Positions 47,401 to 60,053 of a stretch of 64,000 bases of DNA are shown here, in pieces (the first letter of the stretch is position 1; the number at the start of each line of letters is the position of its first letter). The notes under the pieces are model-generated. The model did no database searches and was not told the DNA's origin. It saw only the letters and a program-made list of their open reading frames with translations. The position numbers and the translations under genes were made by a program. Location: positions 806,001-870,000 of the forward strand of contig JAYWIR010000052.1 in NCBI GenBank assembly GCA_036172245.1, written 5' to 3'. The stretch comes from Raillietiella orientalis. Taxonomy: Eukaryota.

Positions 47401-49489
47401 CGTCCGGGAGGTGGTCTTCCCGGACGCCCTATTGAGCATTCGAGGGGGCGGCGGCCGTCGATCGGTCGCGTCGTTGCGGGAGCGCATCCCGCACCGAAGA
47501 CGCGACCAGTGTCCTGAGACGGAAGAGACTCGGGGTGGCCCTCCCTATCCAAGTCGCCACGCCCTCCGCCTGATCGTAGTCCGACGGTGGCCGACGCACC
47601 TGTCTTGGATGCGGCGCTCTTCCGCGCGGTCACGAGCCGCTGGCAGTTGCTACGGCAACGAGGGTGCCCTCCGATACGTGGCACTTCTCCAGCCTCCCAG
47701 GTGGGGGCTGCCGTTTCGCAGCAAGGGACGCACACGCTGCAACCGGCGTCCAGCGGTGGCTCCGGATGCGTCTTCCCTCGACTGCTCGGCCGCCGTCCGG
47801 ACGTTTGTGGCTCCGCTGCCGGGTCCCGGTGCCTTGTGGCCTCTTCCTTCCCCCCGCCGCCGGACACCAAGGTCGTCGACAGGGGGGAGAGGAGGAAGGG
47901 AATGCGTCGTGCGTGGAAAGGTCAGCGCCCCAGAGCCGCCGTCAGCAGCTTGAGCCTCGTCAGCGGCGCATGTTCGGCGCCCCTGAGTCTGGTCATTGCC
48001 ATGGGGAATGGCCGGTCCGGAGGAGGCAGGCCTTCGGTGCTCCTGCGCCTGGACCGGGTGCAGCGTCGGGAGTTCGCCTTCGCTCCGCCGCGAGGGCGGT
48101 CTCCGTCCCCGCCCGCCTCCTCGTCGCCGAAGTGCAGCTGAGAGCGTTCGCCCGGAGGCGGAGGTTTGGGCCGGCTGCGAACCGCGGAGCTGGTCGCCAT
48201 GCGAACAGGCGCCCAGTTCTCTCGAGTGAGTCGCCCTCCCGTGAGCGTCACCAGGCTATCCCCCACCCCCTTCCCCCCACTTGCCTTCTTATGACGAATG
48301 ACGGGAACTGGAGGAGGGGGGGAATCCGGATCGAACGCGTCGGGCCGAGCCAGGCGGTTGGCCCTGCGTGTCTCTCCATGCTCTGCTCCCTTGACGACGC
48401 ATCCGAAGAGCTCTTCTGTATCTTAGTTGGCTGTTCGCCCTGTCCCACAGACGCAGCACGCTAGGGTCGCGCCAGGACCCCCGGCGCGCCGTCCGCCTCG
48501 ATGCTGCCGGAAGTCATGGCGACGGGCGACTTCGAAGGCTCCTCGTAGATACGTGGCGACTTCTTAATCGTTTCCTGGGGTACCCTACCCCCACCTCCAC
48601 CCGAGGATGCTGGGTTCATTGGGCCGCCCTGCCTCCTCCCTCTCTCCGGGGCGAGCCGGCCTGCCCTCGAAACCAGGACGGATGTCTCTCCCAATCCTTT
48701 TTCCGCCCTGGCCACCCTCCTGCGCACTCGAGAGAGAACCAGCCCGAGAACTGGCCACGGGATTTCCGGCTCCTCGTGACTCAGGAAACAGACGGCGTCG
48801 CCTCCTCCCCTGCAGGGCGGCGCGCGCGCGCGCTGGAGAGGCGCCTCCCCCGCTCCCCCGGCAACCTGTTTGGAGACGCCTCCGAAATAGCATCCGGGAG
48901 TCTGTTTGGGCTCCTGCGCGTCCCGTGGGCGGTCGAGCGAAGCAAGGAGGAAAGGGGGGCGCAGATGGGATGCTCGGGGAGTGGACGTCCTTCCTCCCTG
49001 CTCTACTGTTGATTCCATCAGGGATGGCCCCGATTCTTTTTTCCCCCAGAGAGCTGGAAGGAAGGGACGGAGTTCTCGCGGGTCGCCTCGGGCGCGGGGT
49101 GGTTTTTTTTTCGGGGAAAGTAAGAGCAAGGAGGCGCCGCCACTGCCTCCTCTGTACCGTGATTCCCTCCTCCCACGGCCTGCACAGGCCGGGAACTTCT
49201 CGGGAAGCCGCACTGACCTTGGTCGTGTGGGCAAATTCCTTACTGGAGAAGGGGCGAGGGCGAAAAGAGAGGACTGCTGCTCTTGCCCTGGCGCGGATCG
49301 CGGTAGAGAGGAACCCCGGTTGCTCCCCCTCTTGGATGGGGGTTTTGGGCTTGCTTGTCTCTGGGAAACGACTGATGTCCTCCCAGCTATGGGGAGGGCT
49401 GCCAGGAGGGATGGATTCGGCAGCTTTTCCGTGGAAAAAGGAAAATTGGTGGTCAGAGCAGTGCATGTGCCTCTCCTCGTTCTCCCGCC

Positions 49490-49590
49490 CAGTCTCCTGC
49501 TCCGTGGGGCGGCTGCGATGCCCGTGGCACGGGGTCTCCTCGGGTCACGGGTCGAAGGGGCAGAGGGAGGACGAAGGGGAAAACGGAGGG
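49490..49590 (+). repeat. ~100-bp direct repeat, copy at 50690-50790
   Basis: cgtggcacggggtctcctcgggtc.cgggtcgaaggg.caga.ggaggacgaa occurs at both sites. Confidence 0.9.
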
Positions 49591-51964
49591 AATGCAGGGG
49601 AAGAAGGAGTCTCTAGGAGTCCCGTTTCCGCGTTTCCATCCCATCCTCGAATCCCTTCTGCAATTTGGTCCCAGGAACGCCGCTCCCCAAACAGCCTACA
49701 AGAGCGGGGGAGGCCGATCCCCCTTCATCTCTCCCCTTCTCCCACCGCTCCGGAAGGGCCCTTCTGGGACTTCTCGCCCGTTCCCTTCGACAGCCTCATC
49801 CCTCGTGCGCACCCTCTCCTCCTCCGCATCCTCGTTCGCTCTCCTTTCTTCCTCCCGACTTGCGGCCGCCTGGACCTTCGGGAAAACGAAAGGCGCAGGA
49901 GCGAGATGCGACGTCCGGCTGTGAGACGTAGCCCCTCTCCCCTTCCTCTCCCCTGAGAAGGGAGGGGACGAGTCGATCTACCGAAAGGGGGCGAGGTGAG
50001 GGGGAGATCCCCCTCCTCCGCGACGAGTGCCCGCAGCTGCCAGGATCTCCCGCCTTTCCGCCCCTCCTTCCCGTTTCGTCCTTCCTCCCCCTCTCTCGTC
50101 CTTCCCGCGACCCCCGCGTGGGCGCCACAGCCTACGCCCCTTCGTGACCCTCCTCCTCGCTGGGGAAGCAGGCGGTTCGGCGGTCCCTCAGGGATCGCCG
50201 CAAACGGCAGGGGCAGCGGCCTTGCCTCCTCCTTCCGGGAAAGGCTGGACGAGGCCTTCCTCCAAAGGGGAAAGGGCGGCGGGAAGGAGGGGGCGGAGCG
50301 GGGCGTGGAAAATGAGGGTGGCCGAGAGTATCGGGGCGCGGGAGGGGGAGATACCTATTTTTGCCTTCCCCCTCCCCCTTTCCACCGTCGCGCCTGCCTG
50401 CAAGCGGGACGGCAGCCTGGCGCGGGCCTCCCTGGCGCCGCGCCATCCGGGGCGGGCCCAAAATAGACCCGGAGGATTGCCGCCTCAGTCCCCCCTTCCC
50501 TCTCTGCCTCCCTCTCTCTCCCGAGGGTCGAGGCGGGCGGTCCCTCTGGAGCGCATCGGAGGTGGAGCTTCTTCCCCCTGGAGAGAGGAGGGCAGGAGAC
50601 GGGAAGGTCCAGAGGCTGGCAAGAATCGTGGTGGCACAGCGCAACCCCGGAAGCTCCCTGGTGTCGCAGTAGATAGGGACTCCCCGCCCCGTCCTCCCGC
50701 TCCGTGAGGTGGCTGCGAGCTTCGTGGCACGGGGTCTCCTCGGGTCGCGGGTCGAAGGGACAGAAGGAGGACGAATTGGAAAACGGTGGAGAAGCGGGGA
50801 GCGGGACAGCGGGGTTGGAATGGACGTGTAGAGCCTTGCCTTGGCTACGAGGTGCCAGTTTAGATGCCCTCTGAACAACCTTTTGCCCGGAGAGGGAAGC
50901 AGAGAGGGGTCGGCAAGCCCTTCTTTTCTTCCCGTAGGCTGGAACGCCGTCCGATCCTCTCATTCCTTTCCTGGACCATGTGGATAGGAGGACAGTTCGT
51001 GCTTCCCCCAGTCCCTGCAGAGTGCCTTTTGAGGAGGTGCTTGGAGGCCCTTTTTCTCCCGTTGCAGGCTCGGAATGGAAGGCGGCGTTCCCTGGAGGCG
51101 GCGGGCAAATCGAACCATGACCCTCTGAGCAGGATAACCAGGAAGCCAGCCACCTTCCTCGGAGCGGGGAGCAACCTATCGGGAGATCTCGGAAGCGCCA
51201 GAGGTCACCGCTCCCCAGAGGGCAACCCGAGGCCAAGGGAGCGGCAAAAGGACTCTCCCGCTTCTGGAGTTCCCGGAGCCAAGGGGGAGACGTGGTCGTT
51301 CGCAGTCTCCTGAGGCACGGGGTGCGCGAGTGGCGCAGCACGGTCAGCCGTTGAAGGCTACTAAGAACTCAATGGGAAAGGAGGAGCGTCTCGCATCGTC
51401 CTGGAAAGGGCGGCGTAAGTGACCGCAAGGGTTGTCCACCCAGGTCCGCCAGCCAGAGACTCCCGGCCGTGGCCACCATCGAACTCCGCGCATCCGCGGT
51501 GAGCAACGTGGACCACGAGGATGCCAAGGGGTGGGAGTGGGGGGTAGGGGAGAGCTGACCTCCTCAATGACACCCTCGTGGTGCCGGCGAGGCACGCGCC
51601 TCGAGTATGAGGTGGCCCTGGCTACGAGCCGTCGCCGCAGAGGCGTGGAGTGGTGAGGCCGCTGGTGGCCGCGTCGCTCGTCAGCGCTGAGGGGGAGCCC
51701 CCGATGCTGCTGTTAAACTCGGAGGGCCAATACCCGCCTGCCCTGCAGGCGCACTTCCGCAGTGCAGATGGTGGCGGCGCAGCTGGGCGGCGGGCCGGCT
51801 GGACACAGTCTCCTTCGCAGCCATCGAACGGGGCCTCGGTCAGTGATGACCCGAACTCAGGAAGTCACACACAAACGTCCCATCCGGAGGCACCCGTTTT
51901 GCACTGCACGCGAAGGACTTTTACTCGGGGAATAGCTTCACGTCCCACTTCCACCTGGATATAG

Positions 51965-52105
51965 GTGGCAACTTCACAAGACACGCCACCAGCGACTCCA
52001 CAAGACACGTTACCAGAGACTTTGGAAGGAACAACTCCAGACACGCCACCAGGGACTTTGCAAGTCGTCTTACAAGTCACGTCTGAAGCCACACCACAAG
52101 CCATT
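51965..52105. repeat. Degenerate 12-bp-period tandem repeat
   Basis: acttcacaagac acgccaccagcg actccacaagac acgttaccagag...; + frame TSQD TPPA TPQD TLPE. Confidence 0.7.
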
Positions 52106-52864
52106 TCTCCTCGGGCGAGGCGATCGCCGTGAAATGTCCCTTGCCTTTCCATATCGGACGGGCACAGCGGTTTGGGTCGCACGCTGTGCCCGCCCGACAT
52201 GGAAGCTGCTTGTCCACGATGGTACGGCAGCTTAAGCTGCATCTCTAGACCGCTCATGCCGCTACCTCCGCTTCGCAGATGCTGCTGGGCTAGAGATCTG
52301 ATCCGCCGCCTTCCAGCCATCCGGAAACTGCCGCTGCTGCAGCGCTGTGCAGGAAGAGCAGAGCCCAGAGCTACGAGAAGAGCGTCGCTGGAGCTCTCCA
52401 AAGTCATCAGCGACCACTTTCGGGGAAGATCGAGCCCTGGCGGCCGCCGGCTCTGAGTATTAGGTAGCCCGGAGAATAGGGCGAGGGAGGAGAGAGTTGG
52501 CAGGCGAAGGAATGCCGGAGGTGCCCTTGACGCTGCAGTTTCATGGCGAGGTCCCGTACGGAGGTTGCAGCCACTGGCAGGACCACACTCTTTGGCAGAG
52601 CGCAATACACGGAAGCGCCTGCAGGATTGCTGCCGAGCCACTGAGAACACCTGGGAGTGGTGCCGTGAGTCTTCCCATCCTGCCCCTTCTCTGTTCCTGT
52701 CTCCATGCGGTGTGAACGGCTGCCCTCTGCAGTCGCTGCACTTCAATCTCGGATGCTGCGCGATACCCCACCCGGGCGACGCCCCATCGAAAATCGGCAG
52801 CTCGGAATGCAGAGACGATGAAGGGGGGAGGGGGAGAAGTCACGGAGGCGAACAGGGGTTCATC

Positions 52865-52893
52865 TGATCTTAGCCAAAAGATCGAGAAGCGAT
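52865..52893 (-). pseudogene. U2: 5' fragment of U2 snRNA
   Basis: Minus strand ATCGCTTCTCGATCTTTTGGCTAAGATCA matches metazoan U2 nt 1-29 (ATCGCTTCTCGGCCTTTTGGCTAAGATCA, recalled) at 27/29; no GTAGTA follows. Confidence 0.85.
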
Positions 52894-55739
52894 AAATCAA
52901 CTCAACACTGGCCTGACGGAGCCCTCGAGGGCATGGCGCAGGCTTCTGGAGGATCCCTCCTGCCGATCCCGTTGCCTCGTCTGAAGACGCAAGGGCCTCC
53001 CGCAAGCCGCGTTCGAGGTGGGCGTGATGACAAGGAGTGGCTGATGAAGGCCTCCGGCGCAGCCCGAGGCGACAGGCCAGCAAAAGTCACTCTGCTCTTC
53101 AGGGTAGCCGAGTCTCCGAAAAGGAGGGAACGATCATCGTGACCAACCTTCGGCATCTGTAGACTGAAACGAGTGATCGCGGCGGACGGTCTGACCCACC
53201 ATATCCACCTCAACGACGCCTCAGCCCCGGCGTCCGCGAAGAGGGGAAGGCGAGAGGACTCCCTCGAGACCGATCGAGGACCTCTCCTCCAGTTTGCATT
53301 GGGGCCACCTCCACGGGGGAGTCGGCTCGACTGGAGGAGGAGAACACCCATCCACGCAAAGACCAGGACCGCCATATGAAGCCCTCAGGGGAGAGGGAGC
53401 GACGAGGGAAGGAGAAACCGGGAAACTTCCCGCAGCCCCCTGGGAGGAGGGGGGAGGTCTCATGGCGACCGGCAGCTGACGCGCGCGACAGCTAAGGAAG
53501 AGCCACAAATCCTCCCGGCTCCCCTCTCCGCCGCCTTCTTTCCCCTGGATCTCCACGAGGAAGCTCCGGGATGAATCCCTCAGGAATTCCAGAACACAAA
53601 CAGGCCAAAAAAAGGAGGGGAGCCCTTTGGAAGTTGGCGCCTGCCATGGACGCTGACTCCGCACATCCGCGCCGATGGGGGATGCTCGTCCTTGAAATAG
53701 GCGTAGAAGGGAAGAGGACCAACAGAGGCGTTCCCAGGTCTCTTGGGAAGAGGAACGCTCCAGCGAAAAGTGGCATGAGGTCTTTCTTCTCCTCCTCCTC
53801 TTCCTGCTACCCTGGAGAAGGCCTGGGGGATCGGAAATGCCCATCCGCTCCCACCGGAGAGAAGTAGGCAGGTAGCTTGGCAACGTCTTGTTTGCTGGAG
53901 GATGGGAGACTCGACAGACGACCTGGCCCTAGGTTGGGTAGCGCGCTCGCCAAGAGACCGCCCCCCCTTTGTGGTGGAAAGGGTGCCTCTCTCAAGACGC
54001 TCTTCCCCGACACCTTGAGGTGGCCCGCAGAAGCATCGCCCACTTCGCGCGCGTCATCCGCCGAAGCCGGGAATCCTGGAGGTGCGCGGGAAAGAGGCAA
54101 CAAAATGGGAGGTCTTGACTCTGTACCGCCCATTCATCCCAGGTCAAAGGAGCTTCCTATTCCAGAAGCGCAGGGGAAGGATCACTTCCACCTCATGACT
54201 ACTGCGATCCCGAAATGCCCTCGGGAAATTCGCGTCTTCTCGGGCGTCTTCCAGGCGTGACTTCGTGCTCCATCCGCCGGCCAGTCGCCGAGCGCGCGCT
54301 GGCCTCGGCAAACCCGGGGCTACGCGGCAGGAGACTCCTCCATCCTCTCCTCTTTCCACGGAGAAGTAGAGGGGGAGGGGTGAAGCAGCTGAACCTCCCC
54401 TCTCCCCAGTGCAGGGAGAAGGCGGAAGTGGCGAATGGGGGCGCCTGCCTGAGCAGGAGAGGAGGTTTCCTAGGCAGCTTGGCTCACTTCTCCAGGCACG
54501 GAGTGAGGTTGTGGACCCCTAACAGATAGGAAGGGGGAAGAGGAGGAGGTGGAGGAGGAAGAAGGGAAGAGGAGAAGAAAGGGGGAGAGGATGAGGAGGT
54601 GGAGGGGGGACGGAAGGAGATTGCGTGGTATCCTGAGATTCCTGACCGTAATTCGATTACTCCAGGAATCCCCCAGAACCTCTTTTGCTCTCCGTAGTCC
54701 TCACTTATCCCGAAGCCGCGTTGGCATGTGATCAGAAATGCAGGAGGGAATCTTCCGCGGTGGTGAATTATTGATGGTGACTGACGACGGCTTCCTCCCG
54801 CTTTATTCTCGCTGTTCATCCGCCGATGGACTCGCAGCGGCTCGCCTGCCCTCTCCCCCGTCCTCGCACTCCCCCGCACCTTCCGGAACGGCAAAAGAAG
54901 AGCGGCCTCCGGCCCGACTGACCACTTTCGGCCAGCTGCGTGCCGGTTCCTCGTCGCGAGTGACCTCTCGCCGACGTGCCCCACCCGGGAACCGTGCGTT
55001 GCCGGGACGAGATGGCATGAGCTGAGAGGCGGCGGAATGTTAAGAGGCGTCTCGGGGCATAGTGCGGACGGACCAGTCAATTCCTCCCCTCCCACCCCTT
55101 TCTGCCCAATGCACGCGCCTCCAGGATGGAAGTTTACCCACCAACCTCCACCTCGTTGGGTGGGGGGCAGCAGCATCCCGGGCGCAGCGATGCCCCGAGA
55201 GAGCGAACGCAGGGAGGCTGCCGCACCGGGACCTAAACTTCCCTGACTGACTGCGTCCGTTGGGAACGGGTCCGCGAGAGACGTCGGGGCGGCACGGGAG
55301 GACTCCGCAGCCGAACTCTCACCTCGCGGAGGTGAGCTCAGAGGATGTCACGCGGCCAGCAAGCTGTTCGGAAGAACCGGGCGGAGCCGGAGGCGCGCAC
55401 TCGCCTCGTAGCGCCGGCGCCCATTCCCAGACCTCAGGCCCCACTCGGATGCTGCAAGGAGAGGAGGGTGTGGTCACCCTGAATGCCTCCTCCCACGCCC
55501 ATCCCCCTCGGAAGCTCCCCGGAGGCGTCAAAGGGGTCGGAAAGAGGGGGTGAGAGCCGGTGCAGTCCAAGGGAAGCCCAGCATGGGTGAGGGGGCGCAA
55601 ACGCGGGGTCCCTGGAGACGCGGTGCTGAGAGAGCCCCAACTCCCGCGGCACCTGGAGGAACGCACTAGCGGAGACGATGGAGAGATGCTGCAGCATCCA
55701 TTTCTCCCACGACATCCTTAATATTCACCCCGGGACGTC

Positions 55740-55992
55740 GGCTGCAGAGCTGCAACCTCGCAGGGAGGTGACCTCGTCTGCGGAGCTGCGGACCTCTTTA
55801 GGCGGTGACCTCGGCTATGGAGCTTCGATCTCGCTGGGAGGCGACCTTAACTGCGGATCTGCAACCTCTCCTGGCAGCGACCTCTTGTGAAGGGCTGCAG
55901 CCCTCTCCGGCAGGTGACCTTTCCTGAGGAGCTGAGACCTCGTCTAGAAGTGACCTGATCCACGGGGCTGCGAATTCGCCGAGAGGCGACTT
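55740..55992. repeat. ~36-bp-period tandem repeat, ~7 units
   Basis: (g/a)g(t/c)gacct recurs at ~55768, 55804, 55840, 55877, 55913, 55949 and 55985; minus-frame consensus RSPPxEVAAPQx. Confidence 0.85.
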
Positions 55993-56299
55993 TGGTCATT
56001 CGTGGGAATGGACATGAAGAGTGATGGAAGAGGATTTGTATTCCTCTCGCCGGTCAGTCGATGAACTCTCCACCCCTCATATAACGTAGAGGATTGAAAA
56101 GTAACCGGAAGGCAGGTGTGTCTCGTTGGGCTTTGAAAAGACAGCGCCTTAACCGATTCCTTCTGATTGGTCCGTCAATGAGGCCTCTGAGAATCACACC
56201 AATGGGTGCAGGTGATGCGAAAATAAATCGGGGTACGGTCGACAATGAGGGAGTCTGTCGATTGACCTGTCGATGGACGAAGGTCGCGGTAAGGAGGGG

Positions 56300-57560
56300 A
56301 GGAAATCGCCCGAAATGACCTCTCCCTTTTTTTTGGACCTGCGCAGAGCGTCAGGAGGTTTTCGAAACGCGAAAATCATGGTCAAGGAAGAGAAATGCGC
56401 AGGATTTGACCTAAAGTTGAGCATCCTGTTTACCAACGCGGTGAGGGACTCCCGCAAAATCCAGGATCCTTCCCTGTCGGTGTGAGAGTGTCGAGGAACT
56501 CTCCATCAATGGAAGAAAGGTGCCACGAAGATCGCCGTGGGCCCAGACCCTGCAGTGCCGAACCCGTGTGAGTGGAACGTGAGAACTCATACGAAAAGAC
56601 CCTCAGGATCTGACCACCGGCTTCACGTCACGGGAACTGGATGCTGCTTTTTCACGGTCCCCTGATCATCTTGCTCTTAGACGGGTGCGTAGGGAAGCGG
56701 GAACGGGATCCATCCCGACTGACGAACCGTCCTTGACCGTTGAGTGGTCCTCACGGCATGCATCCTTGAGTCCTAGAAACGGCAACGAACGCTCATCACG
56801 GGATCCCCTGCGGATCCTCCTACTCATCCATCGCAACGAGCTTCCAGCATTCGTAGCAACCAACCAGCTGACAGCAACTGGCGGCGGAGAAAGCGAATCT
56901 TCGAGCATGCGGAGGACGGGTTCGAGCTCTCCCGTTCGCCACTTCTACGCGGAGAGCCTCAGGGCTCAGCCGCTGCCGAATGGGATAGCGAGGAGGCGGC
57001 GAATGAAGACAGGGGAATCTCGAAAGGATGCCGCCTCCAAAAGGCGGTGAAGGAGGAGGAGGGACAAGGAGTGTGGAGAACCTGGGCGATCCGCTGCAGC
57101 GGGCCAACAGTGCGTTACGAGCAAGGAGACCACGTGGGTCGCGGGCAGCTCGCTGAACGAGTCCGCCGCCTCACCGAAGCCCCCAGTTCCTGTCGCATCC
57201 GGGCAACAGGAACTGCTCACATCCGGGCAGGGAGGACAGGGGATGAGCGCCCCAACAAACCACTCGATCTCGTGCGGCACTCCCCGCAACCAAACAGGCG
57301 ATCTTTGATCGGGCGGCGCGTTCAGACGGGGAAAAAAAAAAAAAAACAGGAAAGGGGTGGGAAGTCGGCCGGGAACGTCGGGAACGCGCCGCGCGCACGA
57401 TACCGCAGCCAGGACCCGTTCCGCTTCCCCTGCCGACTGGATCGCCTCGACCTCTCTACCGAGGAATGCGGGGTGCGACCGTCGCGCTGCTTGGAGACCC
57501 CAGGTCAACCGCTCCGGGGTCGTCAGGGCTCCCGGATGAAACTGGATGATGGCGATGATC
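56300..57560 (+). mobile_element. Degenerate L1/Tx1-like APE end + RT remnant
   Basis: 'SPDHLAL', 'HFYAE', 'HSPQPNRRSLIGRRVQT' and 'LRGRQGS' in order. Confidence 0.5.
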
Positions 57561-59399
57561 CACTGAACTGTCTATGTCTCCATGTACTGTCTATGCGAGG
57601 TAGCTGGCTGGCTGCTGCTTTCCGGGATCGAAGGAACGGGACTGCCCACCACTTCTTCCTCGCGTTCCCACCCAACGCCCTTCGGCGCGCGGTGTTCGCC
57701 TTGGGCGACCTTTGAGAGGAGGAGAAAGAAGCCAGTGACGCAGGAGGCTACGTGAGCACTCCGCCTAGGCAGCTGGAGGCTGCTCCCGCGGCGTGGGAAG
57801 CGCGCCCGCGCGCTGCTTGGAATCCCGGCAAGTGGATTTCAGGGAGGCGGGCGGGAAACGGACGAGCCACTCCGGGAATGGAAGGGTAGGATCGAATGGA
57901 ACCCCTCACCGGAAACCGACATTCGCGGATGCCGACAGTCAGTCCTTTCGTCAGGAAGACGGAAGGGAACACTCCCCGTGTGGGCGACGGGAGGAGGAAT
58001 CCCAGAGGCTCAACCGCATGCATCCGACAGGAACACAAAGGGAGAGTCTCCCGGCTCACAGACCGTAAAGGAGCGTTCCCTAATTTCGCGAGCGATCCCG
58101 GCCCGCCCCATGACAACGGGGATTGTGGAGGAGCACATCCTTGGGTTGAGCATCTTCCGGGTGCGGGGCTGCTTTTTATGGAACCCGCGCGCGTCGGCCG
58201 CGCACACGTGGAAGTCCCGCGCTCGCGGCGGAGACGAAGGAAGCGCCAAGGCAGGTCCGCGGTGAGGGACGGAAGGAATCCCAAGCAGGTCGACCCCAGC
58301 GCGTACCCGCGAGAGGCAGAAAAAAGAGGAAAGTAGAAGGAGAGTGCGAAAGCCTCCCACCCTTAGTCGACCGGCCGACTGACCCACAGCTACTACAGCC
58401 AGGCGCACCCAGAAATGGCCGCCCTACCGTGAAACGGTTTGGAATCCCCTCAACGGTGCAGCGCTTTGAGGACTGCTCACCCGAAGCAGCGAGCATGAAG
58501 CTCATGCGTGCACGCCCGACGTCCTCCGCTCTCTCTCTCCCCCCCTCTCTGCAGCCGCGGGACTGGTGGCCCTCGTGAGCATTCCAGAGACTGCTGTCCA
58601 CAGCTGACCCTCACCCTCACCCTGAGACCGCGGCCAGCGCGAGCCGATCCCTCGGTCCCGTCGCACTCCCCATCCTCTCTGCAGCCAGCCCCCATCGACC
58701 CTTAGGCGAATCAGCCCACACGTGGGATGCACCACGCAGCCTGCCGAGACAAACTCTCCCGCGCGGCGGTACGTTCCCTCCCCCCTTCCCCCCCCGGGCG
58801 TCGAATTGCGCGAAGCGCCGTCGAGCTTTCGACCGTTCTGGACCTCGGCCACTCTTTTCCTGCGTCGGGAGAGGGAGAGACGAGCTCCTTGCTCCGCCGA
58901 TTCGGACGGGAGTCCCGAGTCTCTTGACCACCATTTCGGAGTCCCCGGTCACGACCCCGTGCCCTCGCGAAATGGAGAGCTCCGTCGCTGCGGCGGCACG
59001 GCGGCCCCACTGGGGCCAGGGAAGCGGGCGTGGGAGGCGCAGCTCGCCGAGTTTCTTGCTCCCGACGTTTTGCGAACGCGTCGCCACTGGTCTTTTTCAA
59101 GAAGGCTCGGAGCGACCTCACGGGGACATCCGGACAGAGCAGACGGGAGATCGCATTGGTAACTAGGATGCGCTTACGGGAAGATCGCCCTTATTACTGG
59201 CCTGGAGCGAAGGCAACCCCTTTGGCTTCTTCCGTTCTCCCTGCTTTCCTTCCAGTTTTTCCCTTTTTTCTTTTGCTTGGTTTGCCAAGTGCTGAGAAAC
59301 CGCTCTCCTCCCTAGGAAGAGGCCACGAGGCTCTTCTTCCACGCTGTCCGCACCACCCGAGGGGACATGTTGTCCCTTGAAGTAAAAGGGAACAACCCC

Positions 59400-59830
59400 G
59401 GGAGGGGACTACCCTATGGATCCGGGAAGGGCTGTGGAGGAAGGAGTCCGTTCCTTCTTTACTCTTCGGAGGGAACCTCGAAGGGAACGCTCACCCTGAT
59501 TATCCCCGAAGGGGGAACCACCTCTTCCTGATTCTCTCCAGAGCGACTCCCAGGAGGGGAGCTATCCTCAAGTCTTCTCCGGAGGGATCCTCCGGAAAGG
59601 ATCGACTCCCTGTTTCCTCCTCTGAAGGGAACCCAGAAGGGACGCTTCCCAATCTCCCTGAACACCGCTCCCCGAAGGGAGCAGCGCGTTTCTTGCACTC
59701 CGCAGAGACAGTCCCATCCGTCCTGGAAATCCATGGTGAGAGTGAAGGGTAAGGAGAAAAGCGGGAGGGAAGTGAACGGATCCGTTTTCGCAACCGGAGG
59801 GTAACGGCTCCTTGATGTCCTGGAAGGATC
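59400..59830 (-). mobile_element. SINE-like element body, copy 7 (headless)
   Basis: cctctgaagggaacccagaagggacgcttcccaatctccctgaacaccgctccccgaagggagcagcgcg aligns with 29277-29350 and 2402-2472. Confidence 0.7.
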
Positions 59831-60053
59831 TTGAAAGGTGGCCTCCCCATCCTCCTTTGGCCTTGGGCACTTCTCTGTGGCAAAGTCGCCATCCCTTGGT
59901 TCCGGTCTTGTCGCTCTTTCCTGGCGGGAGAGGCCTCCTCCGATGTCGACACCGGAAGCAGAGAGCGATGTCGGGACAAGCGCATGCGCGCACTCCCGAC
60001 ATCCTCCACCGTGGAGATTTTCCCGCGTCAGTGCCGCTGCCGAGGCAACGCAG

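Larger units (their letters stand above)
45570..52860 (-). mobile_element. Near-full-length degenerate L1/Tx1-like LINE (ORF1 knuckle, APE, RT, zf-RVT, 3' UTR), with insertions
   Basis: In minus-strand order: 'ATSYSRRVPRRHHEG' (~51600), 'DISRFPETS...RARAAVLSFRP' (~49350), 'GAPGVLA' (~48480), 'LELEETLRAV' (~47360), 'DYCKCGKR' (~46140), then a T-rich UTR at ~45750. Confidence 0.6.

Noticed and set aside
48607..49956. Longest ORF (449 aa, +) and other long Arg/Pro/Gly/Ser-rich ORFs
   Set aside because: No recognisable domain. This ORF is antisense to the APE remnant, and ORFs overlap in several frames as expected at high GC.
53200..54450. A further minus-strand RT C-terminal remnant
   Set aside because: Only vague motif echoes; too weak to list as a feature.
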